From an uncultured Candidatus Rokubacteria bacterium (lineage in GTDB: Bacteria; Methylomirabilota; Methylomirabilia; Rokubacteriales; CSP1-6): 64,000 bases of DNA. Below, piece by piece: positions 54,677-64,000 of the stretch (within the stretch, counting starts at the first letter, position 1; each line of letters starts with the position of its first letter). Position numbers and translations under genes: made by a program. Where the stretch lies: positions 576,001-640,000 of the forward strand of contig CAVXJS010000011.1 of NCBI GenBank assembly GCA_963762145.1, written 5' to 3'. A model generated the notes under the pieces. It saw nothing but the letters and a program-made list of their open reading frames with translations. It was not told where the DNA came from and did no database searches.

Positions 54677-55241
54677 GGACCGGCTTCACCCTCTTCGACA
54701 CCGCGATCGGCGCGTGCGGCATCGCGTGGAACGCCCGCGGAATCGTGGGCGTGCAGCTTCCCGAGCCGAGCCCATCGGAGACACGGGCGCGGCTCGGCGC
54801 CGGTTCCCGGAGGCGCGCGAAGCGCTCCCACCGGGGCCGGTCCGGGAGGCCATCGAGGGTGTCGTGGCCCTGCTGCGGGGTGAGCCGTGCGCGCTCGATA
54901 CGGTGACCCTCGACATGGACGGCGTCCCGCCGTTTCACCGGCGGGTGTACGAGGTCGCGCGCACGATCCCGCCCGGCACGACGGTGTCCTACGGCGAGGT
55001 CGCGGCGCGCCTGGGCGAGCCCGGCGCCGCGCGCGACGTGGGCCAGGCGCTCGGCCAGAACCCGTTCGCGATCATCGTGCCGTGCCATCGCGTGCTCGCC
55101 GCCAACGGCAAGGTCGGAGGCTTCTCCGCGCGGGGCGGGGTCCGGACCAAGCTCCGGCTGATCTCGAGCGAGCGGGCGGGAGGGCACGGCGCGTTGCCTC
55201 TCTTCCGCGGCGTCCCGGAGAACCCGCCGCCGTCGCGCTAG
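54661..55241 (+). CDS. ogt: Methylated-DNA-protein-cysteine S-methyltransferase (frameshift near 54797)
   Basis: FDTAIG.CGIAW, SYGEVA, VGQALGQNP, IVPCHRV. Confidence 0.85.
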
Positions 55242-55265
55242 GACCCATCGTGCTAGACTCCCGCC

Positions 55266-56135
55266 GTGCACATCGGCGTGGTCTTTCCGCAGGTCGAGAT
55301 CGGCGCGGATCCGGGCGCGATCCGTGACTACGCGCAGGCGGTCGAGGCGATGGGCTACACGCACATCCTCACCTTCGACCACGTGCTCGGGGCGAACCCG
55401 GAGCGGCCCGGTGGCTGGAAGGGCCCGTACACGTACCGTCATGCGTTCCACGAGCCGTTCGTGCTGTTCGGCTTCCTGGCCGCGGCCACCCGCCGCGTGG
55501 AGCTGGTCACCGGGATCCTGATCCTGCCCCAGCGCCAGACCGCGCTCGTGGCGAAGCAGGCCGCCGCGGTGGACGTGCTCTCGGCCGGGCGGCTGCGCCT
55601 CGGGGTCGGGGTCGGCTGGAACGCGGTCGAGTTCGAGGCCCTCGGCGAGCGTTTCACGAATCGGGGCGCGCGCATCGAGGAGCAGATCGCGGTGCTGCGC
55701 GCGCTCTGGGCCCGCGACCTCGTGACGATCGAGGGCCAGTGGCACCGGGTCACCGACGCGGGCCTCAACCCCTTGCCGCCGCGGCCCACGATCCCGATCT
55801 GGATGGGCGGCGAGAGCGAGCCCGTCGTGCGTCGCGCGGCGCGCCTGGCGGACGGGTGGATGCCCCACTTCCGCCCGGGACCCCCGGCGCAGGCCATCGT
55901 GGATCGGCTGCACGGCCTGATCCGGGAGGCCGGGCGCGACCCGGCGGCCTTCGGCATCGAGGGGCGCATGACGCTGGCGCAGGTGCCGGCCGACGAGCGT
56001 CAGGCCGAGCTGGCGGCATGGCGCGGGATGCGAGGAATCACGCATCTTTCCGTCCACACGGTGGGACTGGGCTTGAAGACGCCGGCGGAGCACGTGCAGG
56101 CGCTCGAACGCTTCAAGAAGGACCTCCTGACCTAG
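55266..56135 (+). CDS. LLM class F420-dependent oxidoreductase
   Basis: FDHVLG, HEPFVLFG, ILPQRQT, GVGVGWN. Confidence 0.88.
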   Translation: MHIGVVFPQVEIGADPGAIRDYAQAVEAMGYTHILTFDHVLGANPERPGGWKGPYTYRHAFHEPFVLFGFLAAATRRVELVTGILILPQRQTALVAKQAAAVDVLSAGRLRLGVGVGWNAVEFEALGERFTNRGARIEEQIAVLRALWARDLVTIEGQWHRVTDAGLNPLPPRPTIPIWMGGESEPVVRRAARLADGWMPHFRPGPPAQAIVDRLHGLIREAGRDPAAFGIEGRMTLAQVPADERQAELAAWRGMRGITHLSVHTVGLGLKTPAEHVQALERFKKDLLT

Positions 56136-56141
56136 GCTCCG

Positions 56142-56729
56142 ATGCGGGGGATCGAGCAGATCCCGTGGCTCTACGACGCGCTCTGTGCCCTGTGCGAAGC
56201 CACGGGCCTGGCGCGCTGGCGGAGCTGGCTCGTGGACGGCGCGCGCGGGTGCGTGCTCGACCTGGGATGCGGCACCGGGCGAAACCTGCCGCTCCTGCCG
56301 GGCGGTGCCCGTGCGGTAGGGCTCGAGCCGTCGTGGCCCGCGCTCCAGCGTGCCCGCCGTCGGGCCCCCGGGGTGCCGCTCGTGGTCGGAAGCGCCGAGG
56401 CCCTCCCGTTCCGCGACGCCGTCTTCGACACGGTCCTGAGCGGCCTCGTCTTCTGCAGCGTGCCCGATCCACGCCAGGGCCTGCGGGAGGTCCGGCGCGT
56501 GCTGCGGCCGGACGGCCAGCTCCGGATGCTCGAGCACGTCCGCGCGACCCGGGCCTGGAAGGCCCGGCTCCAGGACCTGCTGCAGCCGGCCTGGACGCGG
56601 ATCACCGGCGGCTGCCATCCGAACCGCGAGACCGAGCGGGTGGTGGAGGCCGCCGGGCTCCGCATCGATCCGACGAGCCGGCGGGCGAAGGGCGAGATGC
56701 GCCGGTTCGCGGCGCGTCCGGTCGCCTAG
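56142..56729 (+). CDS. Class I SAM methyltransferase
   Basis: LDLGCGTG, FCSVPDP, LEHV, GCHPNR. Confidence 0.85.
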   Translation: MRGIEQIPWLYDALCALCEATGLARWRSWLVDGARGCVLDLGCGTGRNLPLLPGGARAVGLEPSWPALQRARRRAPGVPLVVGSAEALPFRDAVFDTVLSGLVFCSVPDPRQGLREVRRVLRPDGQLRMLEHVRATRAWKARLQDLLQPAWTRITGGCHPNRETERVVEAAGLRIDPTSRRAKGEMRRFAARPVA

Positions 56730-56832
56730 CCGGGATGGGCTCGGGAACCGCCGGGGCGGTCCCGGGGTTTAGTGCCAGACGTCCGCCTTCGCGCCGTTCC
56801 ACCACCGTCACCCACCGACCGAGGAGGAAGAC

Positions 56833-57327
56833 ATGACGAGGCAACGACTGCTGTCCCTGGCCATCGGCACGGCACTGGTCTTCACCGCAGCCACCGCGGG
56901 CGCGCAGGCGCCGCCGCCTCCGCCGTATGGCCCCGGCATCACGCTCGACCAGGCGAAGAAGGCCATGGCGGGCGCGGAGGCGGAGGCCAAGAAGAACAAC
57001 TGGCCGGTGGTGATCACCATTCTCGATTCCGGCGGAAATCTCGTGATGTCCCAGCGCCTGGACGGGGCCCAGTTCGGCAGCGTCGAGGTCGCTCGCGACA
57101 AGGCGTACTCCGCCGTGGCGTTCCGCCGGCCCACGAAGGCCTTCGAGGACGGGCTCGCTCAGGGCGGCGCCAATCTGCGGCTACTCAATCTGAAGGGCGC
57201 GAGCATGCTCGACGGCGGGTGGCCGATCATCGTCGACGGCAAGATCGTCGGCGGGATCGGCGTGTCGGGCGTGACCGGGGCCCAGGATGCCCAGATCGGG
57301 AAAGCGGGCGTCGACGCCCTCAAGTAA
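56833..57327 (+). CDS. GlcG/HbpS heme-binding protein, secreted
   Basis: Signal peptide; DSGGNLV, KAYSA, GG.PI.VDG.IVGGIGVSG. Confidence 0.88.
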   Translation: MTRQRLLSLAIGTALVFTAATAGAQAPPPPPYGPGITLDQAKKAMAGAEAEAKKNNWPVVITILDSGGNLVMSQRLDGAQFGSVEVARDKAYSAVAFRRPTKAFEDGLAQGGANLRLLNLKGASMLDGGWPIIVDGKIVGGIGVSGVTGAQDAQIGKAGVDALK

Positions 57328-57356
57328 GTTCTTAGCTATTGACGGCTAGCCCCTCA

Positions 57357-57390
57357 CCCCACCCTCTCCTCCCATCGGGAGAGGGTGGGG
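57357..57390. terminator. 13-bp perfect hairpin between convergent genes (terminator or REP-like repeat)
   Basis: CCCCACCCTCTCC-N8-GGAGAGGGTGGGG; no clear U-tract. Confidence 0.6.
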
Positions 57391-57394
57391 GAGA

Positions 57395-58597
57395 CTAGAA
57401 CTCGACCGGGAGGGCCTTGAGGCCCCGGAGCGTCGAGGACTCGCGCCACTCGAGGTCCGGGCCGGCGAGCCGGAGCTTCGGCATGCGCCGCATCAGCGCG
57501 CCCAGGGCGAGCTGGCCCTCCACCCGGGCCAGGGGGGCCCCAAGGCAGAAGTGGATCCCGAACCCGAAGGCGATGTGGCGGTTCTCACTGCGGCCGATGT
57601 CCAGCCGGTCGGGATCGGGGAAGTAGCGCGGATCCCGGTTGGCCGCGCCGATCGCGGTGACCACGAAGGCGCCCGCGGGCAGGGTCTTGCCGCCCACCTC
57701 CACCTCCGCGTTGGTGATGCGGGCGGTGCGCTGCACGGGGCTGTCGAAGCGGAGCAGCTCCTCCACCGCGGAGCCGAGCAGTCCGGGCGTCACGCGGAGG
57801 CGCTCCAGCTCGGCGGGATGCCGCAGCAGCGCCAGCAGGCCATTGCCGATCAGGTTGACGGTGGTCTCGTGGCCCGCGATGAAGAGCAGCACGCAGGTGG
57901 CAAGCAGCTCGCCCTCGGTGAGGCGGTCGCCCTGCTCCTCCACCGCGATCAGCGAGGAGAGGAGATCGGCGCGCGGGTGCCGGCGTCGCTCGGGCAGGAG
58001 CGCGCGGAAGTAATCCGCGATGCCCCGCCGCCCGACCCGCCCGCGCTCGATCACCGAGTCGTCCGAGGGGATCCCGATGGCGTCGAGGCTCCGGATGATG
58101 TCGGAGGACCACTCCCGCATCTGCTCGTGGTCGCCTTCCGGCACCCCCAGCATGTCGCAGATCACGGTGACCGGCAGCGGATAGGCCAGGTCGCCGATGA
58201 TGTCCATGTGGCCGCGCCCCTCGACCCGGTCGAGCAGCCGGTCCACCACGGCCTGGATCTGCCCGCGCATGCCCTCGATCACCCGCGGGGTGAACGCGCG
58301 GTTGACGAGCGCGCGCAGGCGCGTGTGATCCGGCGGATCGCGAAATAGCATCGACCGGGGCAGGCGGCCGGTCTCGGACTCCTCGCCGTACTGGGCGGCC
58401 AGGATGGCCTCGAAGCCGTCGCGCCCGAAGCGCGGATCGCGCAGTGACGTCACGCAGTCGTCGTAGCGCGTGAGGACCCAGAGCCCGAGCGGACTGAGGT
58501 GGACCGGATCGCTCTCGCGCAGGCGCCGGTAGAACGGGTACGGGTCGGCGTGGAACTCCGGCGTGAGTGGGTTGAAGATCGCTTCGTCCGCGGCCAT
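57395..58597 (-). CDS. Cytochrome P450
   Basis: AGHETT, EELLR, FGFGIHFCLG heme motif. Confidence 0.95.
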   Translation of the reverse strand: MAADEAIFNPLTPEFHADPYPFYRRLRESDPVHLSPLGLWVLTRYDDCVTSLRDPRFGRDGFEAILAAQYGEESETGRLPRSMLFRDPPDHTRLRALVNRAFTPRVIEGMRGQIQAVVDRLLDRVEGRGHMDIIGDLAYPLPVTVICDMLGVPEGDHEQMREWSSDIIRSLDAIGIPSDDSVIERGRVGRRGIADYFRALLPERRRHPRADLLSSLIAVEEQGDRLTEGELLATCVLLFIAGHETTVNLIGNGLLALLRHPAELERLRVTPGLLGSAVEELLRFDSPVQRTARITNAEVEVGGKTLPAGAFVVTAIGAANRDPRYFPDPDRLDIGRSENRHIAFGFGIHFCLGAPLARVEGQLALGALMRRMPKLRLAGPDLEWRESSTLRGLKALPVEF

Positions 58598-58604
58598 CGC
58601 GCGG

Positions 58605-59601
58605 TCAGCTCACCATCGGGTAGGTGCGCTCGATGTTGCCGAGGAGGCCCTGGCGCCACGGGCGGTAGTGCTGATACGCGGCGAACGCGGCCTCGTAGCG
58701 TGGGCGCCAGGCGCGCGGTCACGCGCTGCTTGACCTCGTCCAGGCTCGCCCCCGTCGCGGCTTCCTCGCGCACCGCCGCGACCATGTCGTGGATGTAGCC
58801 GCGGAAGATGCGCAGCCAGTCCCGGCCCGCCGGCTCGCCGTGTCCCATGATGAGCGTGTCCCACTCGAGCTCGGCGAGCCGATCCAGGGTCGTGACCCAG
58901 TCCTCCGGGTAGCCGTCGCCCATGAAGGGCGTCCAGCCGATGACCGCGTCGCCGGTGATGACGACCTTCTCCTTCGGCAGGTAGACGAAGACGTCGCCCT
59001 CGGTGTGGGCCCGGCCCAGGTAGAGGAGCTGGATCTCCCGGTCCCGCCGATAGAGCGTCATCGTCCGCTCGAAGGCCATCGTGGGCAGCGCGGGTTTCAT
59101 CGCCCGCACCTCGGCGAGATACGACTCGGCCAGGCGCAGGTCGGCCTGGAGCTTCGCGCGCGGCTCGGCGCCGGCCGCCGCGGCCAGCTCGGCGCGGAGC
59201 CGCGCGATCTCCGCGGGGACCTGGCGGACGTGGTCCTGGATGCGCTTGAGGCCCTTCTTGACCATGGCCTCGCGGGTGAGCTGGTTGGTGATGATCTCCG
59301 CGCCCGGGTACGCGGCGGGATAGACCTCGTTGCCGTGCCAGTGGTCCCAGTGAAAGTGGGTGTTGACCACGTAGCGCACCGGGCGCGCCGTGATGTCGCG
59401 GAGGCGGTCCACGATCACCCGCGCCGCGGAGGGCTTCGAGTGGGTGTCCACGATCACCGCCCCGTCGTCGCTCTCGATGATCGCGGTGTTGGAGTTCACC
59501 TTGTAGGCGGGAGCGGCGACCGCGACGTGGACGCCGTCGGCCACCCGGCGGAAGTCGAAGCGGGCGTCGCCGCCCGGGCCCTCGTGGCCGCAGCAGTCCA
59601 T
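58605..59601 (-). CDS. MBL-fold metallo-hydrolase (frameshift near the C-terminus)
   Basis: [23 protein letters not shown]. Confidence 0.85.
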
Positions 59602-59656
59602 GGCGGGATACTATGCGAAGGCGGCGAGTGGCTCAAGCCAGTCGCGGGAGGTCTCG

Positions 59657-61048
<1,392 letters not shown>

Positions 61049-61055
61049 CCCGCCG

Positions 61056-62243
61056 ATGCCGGACCCGATCGGGTCGATCTTCGGCGTGTTCCTGCGCCTG
61101 GGCCTCACGTCCTTCGGCGGCCCGATCGCGCACCTGGGGTACTTCCGGCGGGAGTTCGTCGAGCGACGCCGCTGGCTGAGCGAGGCGGCCTACGCGGACC
61201 TGGTGGCCCTCGGCCAGCTCCTGCCCGGGCCGGCGAGCAGCCAGGTGGGCTTCGCGGTGGGCCTCTCGCGTGGCGGGCTCGCGGGCGGGCTGGCCGCCTG
61301 GCTCGGCTTCACGCTCCCGTCCGCGGTGGCCATGGTCCTCTTCGCGCGGGGCGCTGCCGAGTGGAGCGGTCCGCTGAGCCGCGGAGTGCTCCACGGGCTG
61401 CAGGTGGCCGCGGTGGCGGTGGTGGCCCAGGCGGTGTGGAGCATGGCGCGGAGCCTCTGTCCGGATCGGCCGCGGGCCACCATCGCGGTGGCCGCCACCC
61501 TCATCGTCACCGCGGCTCCCACCGCGCTCGGCCAGCTCGGCGCGATCCTCGCGGGGTCCGTCGCCGGCGCGTGGTGCTGCCGCGGCGCGCCCGCGCTCGC
61601 GGCGCCCGAGCGCCTGTCGGTGCCGGTGCCGCGCGCCCACGCGCTGGCCGCGCTCGCCCTGTTCGCGATCCTGCTGGTCGGGCTGCCGATCGCCACGGCC
61701 GTCTCGCCCGTCCCGGCCCTCGCGGTGACGGACGCGTTCTACCGGGCCGGTGCGCTCGTCTTCGGCGGGGGACACGTCGTGCTGCCGCTGCTGCACGCCT
61801 CGGTGGTGGAGCCCGGCTGGGTGAGCGAGGACGCGTTTCTCTCCGGCTACGGCGCCGCCCAGGCGGTGCCCGGCCCGCTCTTCACGTTCGCGGCGTACCT
61901 GGGCGCGATCATGACCGCGCCGCCCGCGGGGTGGCCGGGCGCGGCGCTGTCCCTGGTCGCGATCTTCCTGCCCGGCCTGCTGCTGGTGCTGGGCGTGCTG
62001 CCGTTCTGGACGGCGCTCGGGCGGATGGCGCTCATGCCCGCCGCCCTGCGGGGCGTCAACGCCGCGGTGGTCGGCGTGCTGCTGGGCGCGCTCTACGACC
62101 CGGTGTGGACCAAGGGCATCGGGGGACCCGCGGATTTCGCGCTGGCCCTGGTGGCCTTCGCCCTGCTGGTGATCTGGCAGGCGCCCGCGTGGCTGGTGGT
62201 GCTGGTCAGCGCGGCGGGGGGCGCGGCCGTCTTCGGCCGCTGA
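61056..62243 (+). CDS. chrA: Chromate efflux transporter
   Basis: FGGPIAH, PGPASSQ, FGGGHVVLP, AVPGPLF. Confidence 0.92.
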   Translation: MPDPIGSIFGVFLRLGLTSFGGPIAHLGYFRREFVERRRWLSEAAYADLVALGQLLPGPASSQVGFAVGLSRGGLAGGLAAWLGFTLPSAVAMVLFARGAAEWSGPLSRGVLHGLQVAAVAVVAQAVWSMARSLCPDRPRATIAVAATLIVTAAPTALGQLGAILAGSVAGAWCCRGAPALAAPERLSVPVPRAHALAALALFAILLVGLPIATAVSPVPALAVTDAFYRAGALVFGGGHVVLPLLHASVVEPGWVSEDAFLSGYGAAQAVPGPLFTFAAYLGAIMTAPPAGWPGAALSLVAIFLPGLLLVLGVLPFWTALGRMALMPAALRGVNAAVVGVLLGALYDPVWTKGIGGPADFALALVAFALLVIWQAPAWLVVLVSAAGGAAVFGR

Positions 62244-62249
62244 GCCGCG

Positions 62250-64000
62250 TCAGGCGGTGGTCTCGGCCTCGGCGGCCCGCGTGGGATCGGTCATCTTGGA
62301 GAGGACCTCGCGGAGGGTGGCGAGACGGATCGGCTTCTTGACCACCATGTCGACGCCGTCCGGCTTCTCGCCCGCCGCGTTCATGAGGTCGCCGAAGCCG
62401 GTGAGCAGGATGATCGGCGTGTCGGGCGAGACTTCCTTGACCATCGCGGCGAGCTGATCCCCGCCCACTTCCGGCATGGCCCGGTCGGTGATGACGAGCG
62501 CGTAGCGGCCCGCCTTGAACTTCTCGAACGCCTCGCGCCCGTTGACCGCGGTGTCCACCGTGTGCCCGTCGCCCATGAGGTACTCGCTGAGCACGTCGCG
62601 GGCGATCGGCTCGTCGTCGACCACCAGGACGTGGAGCGGTCCGGAGGAGGGCGCCTGCGCCCGCTGCTGGACCTCGCGGGCGAGGCTGGTGTCGGCCGGC
62701 AGCAGGACGATGAACGTGGTGCCCTTGCCGACGGTGGACTCGATGTCCATGGTGCCGCGGTGGCGCTTGACGATGCCGTACACCATGGGCAGGCCGAGGC
62801 CGGTGCCCCGCTCGCCCTTGGTGGAGAAGAAGGGCTCCAGGCAACGTCGCCGGACGTCCTCGGTCATCCCGGTACCCGTATCGCTCACCTCCAGGAAGAC
62901 CTGGGGCACCCGCGGGGCGAGCGGCGTCTCCTCGCTCGCGGAGGCCTCGCGCATGCCGGTGCGGATGCGGATCAGGCCGCCTTCGGGCATCGCGTCCACT
63001 GCGTTGAAGATGAGGTTGGCGAGCATCTCGCGCATCTCGGACTCGCTGCCCAGGATGCGGGGCACCGGCCGCATGTCGGCCTCGACCAGGATGGTGCGGC
63101 CGCTGCCGAGGGCCTCGTCGCGCCAGCGGGGGCGGGTGAGGGCCACCGCCTGCTCCACCATCTGGTTGAGGGAGAGCGGGCGGTACGTCTCGCCTTCCTC
63201 GCGCTTGCGGTAGAACTCGCGCAGCCGGCTCACCACGCTGGCCGCGTCCTCCACGCCGGTCATGATCAGCTTCAGGTACTTGGTGGACTTGACCGCGTCC
63301 TGGAGGATCTCGGGGTGCTCGAGCAGCATCTCCGCGTAGCCGGAGATCGGCACCAGCGCGTTGTTGAAGTCGTGGGCGAGGCCGCTCGCCATCTTGCCGA
63401 CCGCGTTGAGCCGCTCCTGCTCGATGATGTGCCGCTGCGTGCGGTGCAGCTCGATAGCCACCGCGGCCTGCTTGGCGATGCCGTCGGCCAGGCGGAGGTC
63501 GTCCATCGTGAAGACGTGCGCGTCGCGCACCCAGGAGATGGCGAAGATGCCCAGGAGCTCGTCGCTGACCTGGACCGGCTGGATCAGGAGCGACGCCTGG
63601 GGCAGGAGCTGCAGCGCGGCCTGGTTGAAGCGCGGGTCCGTCTTGCTGTTGCTCGAGTGCAGCGCGGTGCGCAGCCGCTTCACGAGGTCGAGCAGCGGGT
63701 CGTCCGGGGCCAGAGGCAGGCCCGAGAGCGGCTCGCGCAGCTCGCGCGGCACGTGATAGCCCGCGAGGGGGATGAAGCGGTCGCCGCCGCCGGTCACGCA
63801 CCACGCCACGCCGGTGTCGGCCCCCAGGATACGCACCATTTCCCGGGTGGTCCGGCGGACCGCTTCGGGGAGATCGGGAGCCGAGCCGATGGCCTGGCTG
63901 ACCGCGAGCAGCGTCTCGGTCTGTTGCAGCCGCTGCTGGATCTCGTCGTAGAGCCGCGCCTTCTCGAGCGCCACCGCGGCCTGGGCGGCCAGCGTGGTGG
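62250..64000 (-). CDS. GAF-domain hybrid histidine kinase/response regulator (5' end outside window)
   Basis: GAF, AHDFNNAL, NAVDAM, GTGLGL, receiver VVDDE...TDRAMP. Confidence 0.9.
   Translation of the reverse strand, partial: TTLAAQAAVALEKARLYDEIQQRLQQTETLLAVSQAIGSAPDLPEAVRRTTREMVRILGADTGVAWCVTGGGDRFIPLAGYHVPRELREPLSGLPLAPDDPLLDLVKRLRTALHSSNSKTDPRFNQAALQLLPQASLLIQPVQVSDELLGIFAISWVRDAHVFTMDDLRLADGIAKQAAVAIELHRTQRHIIEQERLNAVGKMASGLAHDFNNALVPISGYAEMLLEHPEILQDAVKSTKYLKLIMTGVEDAASVVSRLREFYRKREEGETYRPLSLNQMVEQAVALTRPRWRDEALGSGRTILVEADMRPVPRILGSESEMREMLANLIFNAVDAMPEGGLIRIRTGMREASASEETPLAPRVPQVFLEVSDTGTGMTEDVRRRCLEPFFSTKGERGTGLGLPMVYGIVKRHRGTMDIESTVGKGTTFIVLLPADTSLAREVQQRAQAPSSGPLHVLVVDDEPIARDVLSEYLMGDGHTVDTAVNGREAFEKFKAGRYALVITDRAMPEVGGDQLAAMVKEVSPDTPIILLTGFGDLMNAAGEKPDGVDMVVKKPIRLATLREVLSKMTDPTRAAEAETTA

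Noticed and set aside
56741-56770. GGAAC-N18-GTT ECF-like promoter or hairpin upstream of the heme-binding gene
   Set aside because: Ambiguous between a promoter and a GC-rich stem; too weak to call
57339-57350. TTGACGGCTAGC, identical to the start of a common synthetic constitutive promoter
   Set aside because: Only 12 nt match and the following sequence differs; chance

Overview
Very GC-rich (roughly 70% by eye), gene-dense bacterial DNA with about 63 coding regions. It holds many Tat-exported ABC solute-binding proteins, LLM/F420 oxidoreductases, SDRs and hydrolases, which resembles Ca. Rokubacteria (Methylomirabilota) genomes; this is an inference, not a marker-gene call. From left to right: an organoarsenic cluster (ArsI/CadI-like, arsM, aquaporin, arsN, arsC); an aromatic-catabolism/ABC block; a hydantoinase/amidohydrolase/peptide-ABC block; an FAD reductase, a CCG Fe-S protein, a GrdB/PrdB-like protein and a CoA-transferase; assorted catabolic genes; two-component genes; a tightly packed 12-gene minus-strand operon containing yqeC; and a P450, fumC and chrA. 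The main result is missed by the ORF track. Two genes carry an in-frame TGA at the first position of a CxxC redox motif: U-P-V-C at 27673 (+) and U-P-W-C at 43132 (-). Each TGA is followed after exactly 11 nt by a hairpin with a shared AC-CGUG(G/C)-GU apex, so these look like two selenoproteins with SECIS elements. One of them shares an operon with the selenium-cofactor gene yqeC and a PLP C-S lyase-like gene. Many genes are split by 1-nt indels in clusters, most likely from long-read consensus errors, so the coordinates of those genes are approximate. No rRNA, tRNA, CRISPR array or transposase was recognised. All product calls come from motif recognition, not database searches.
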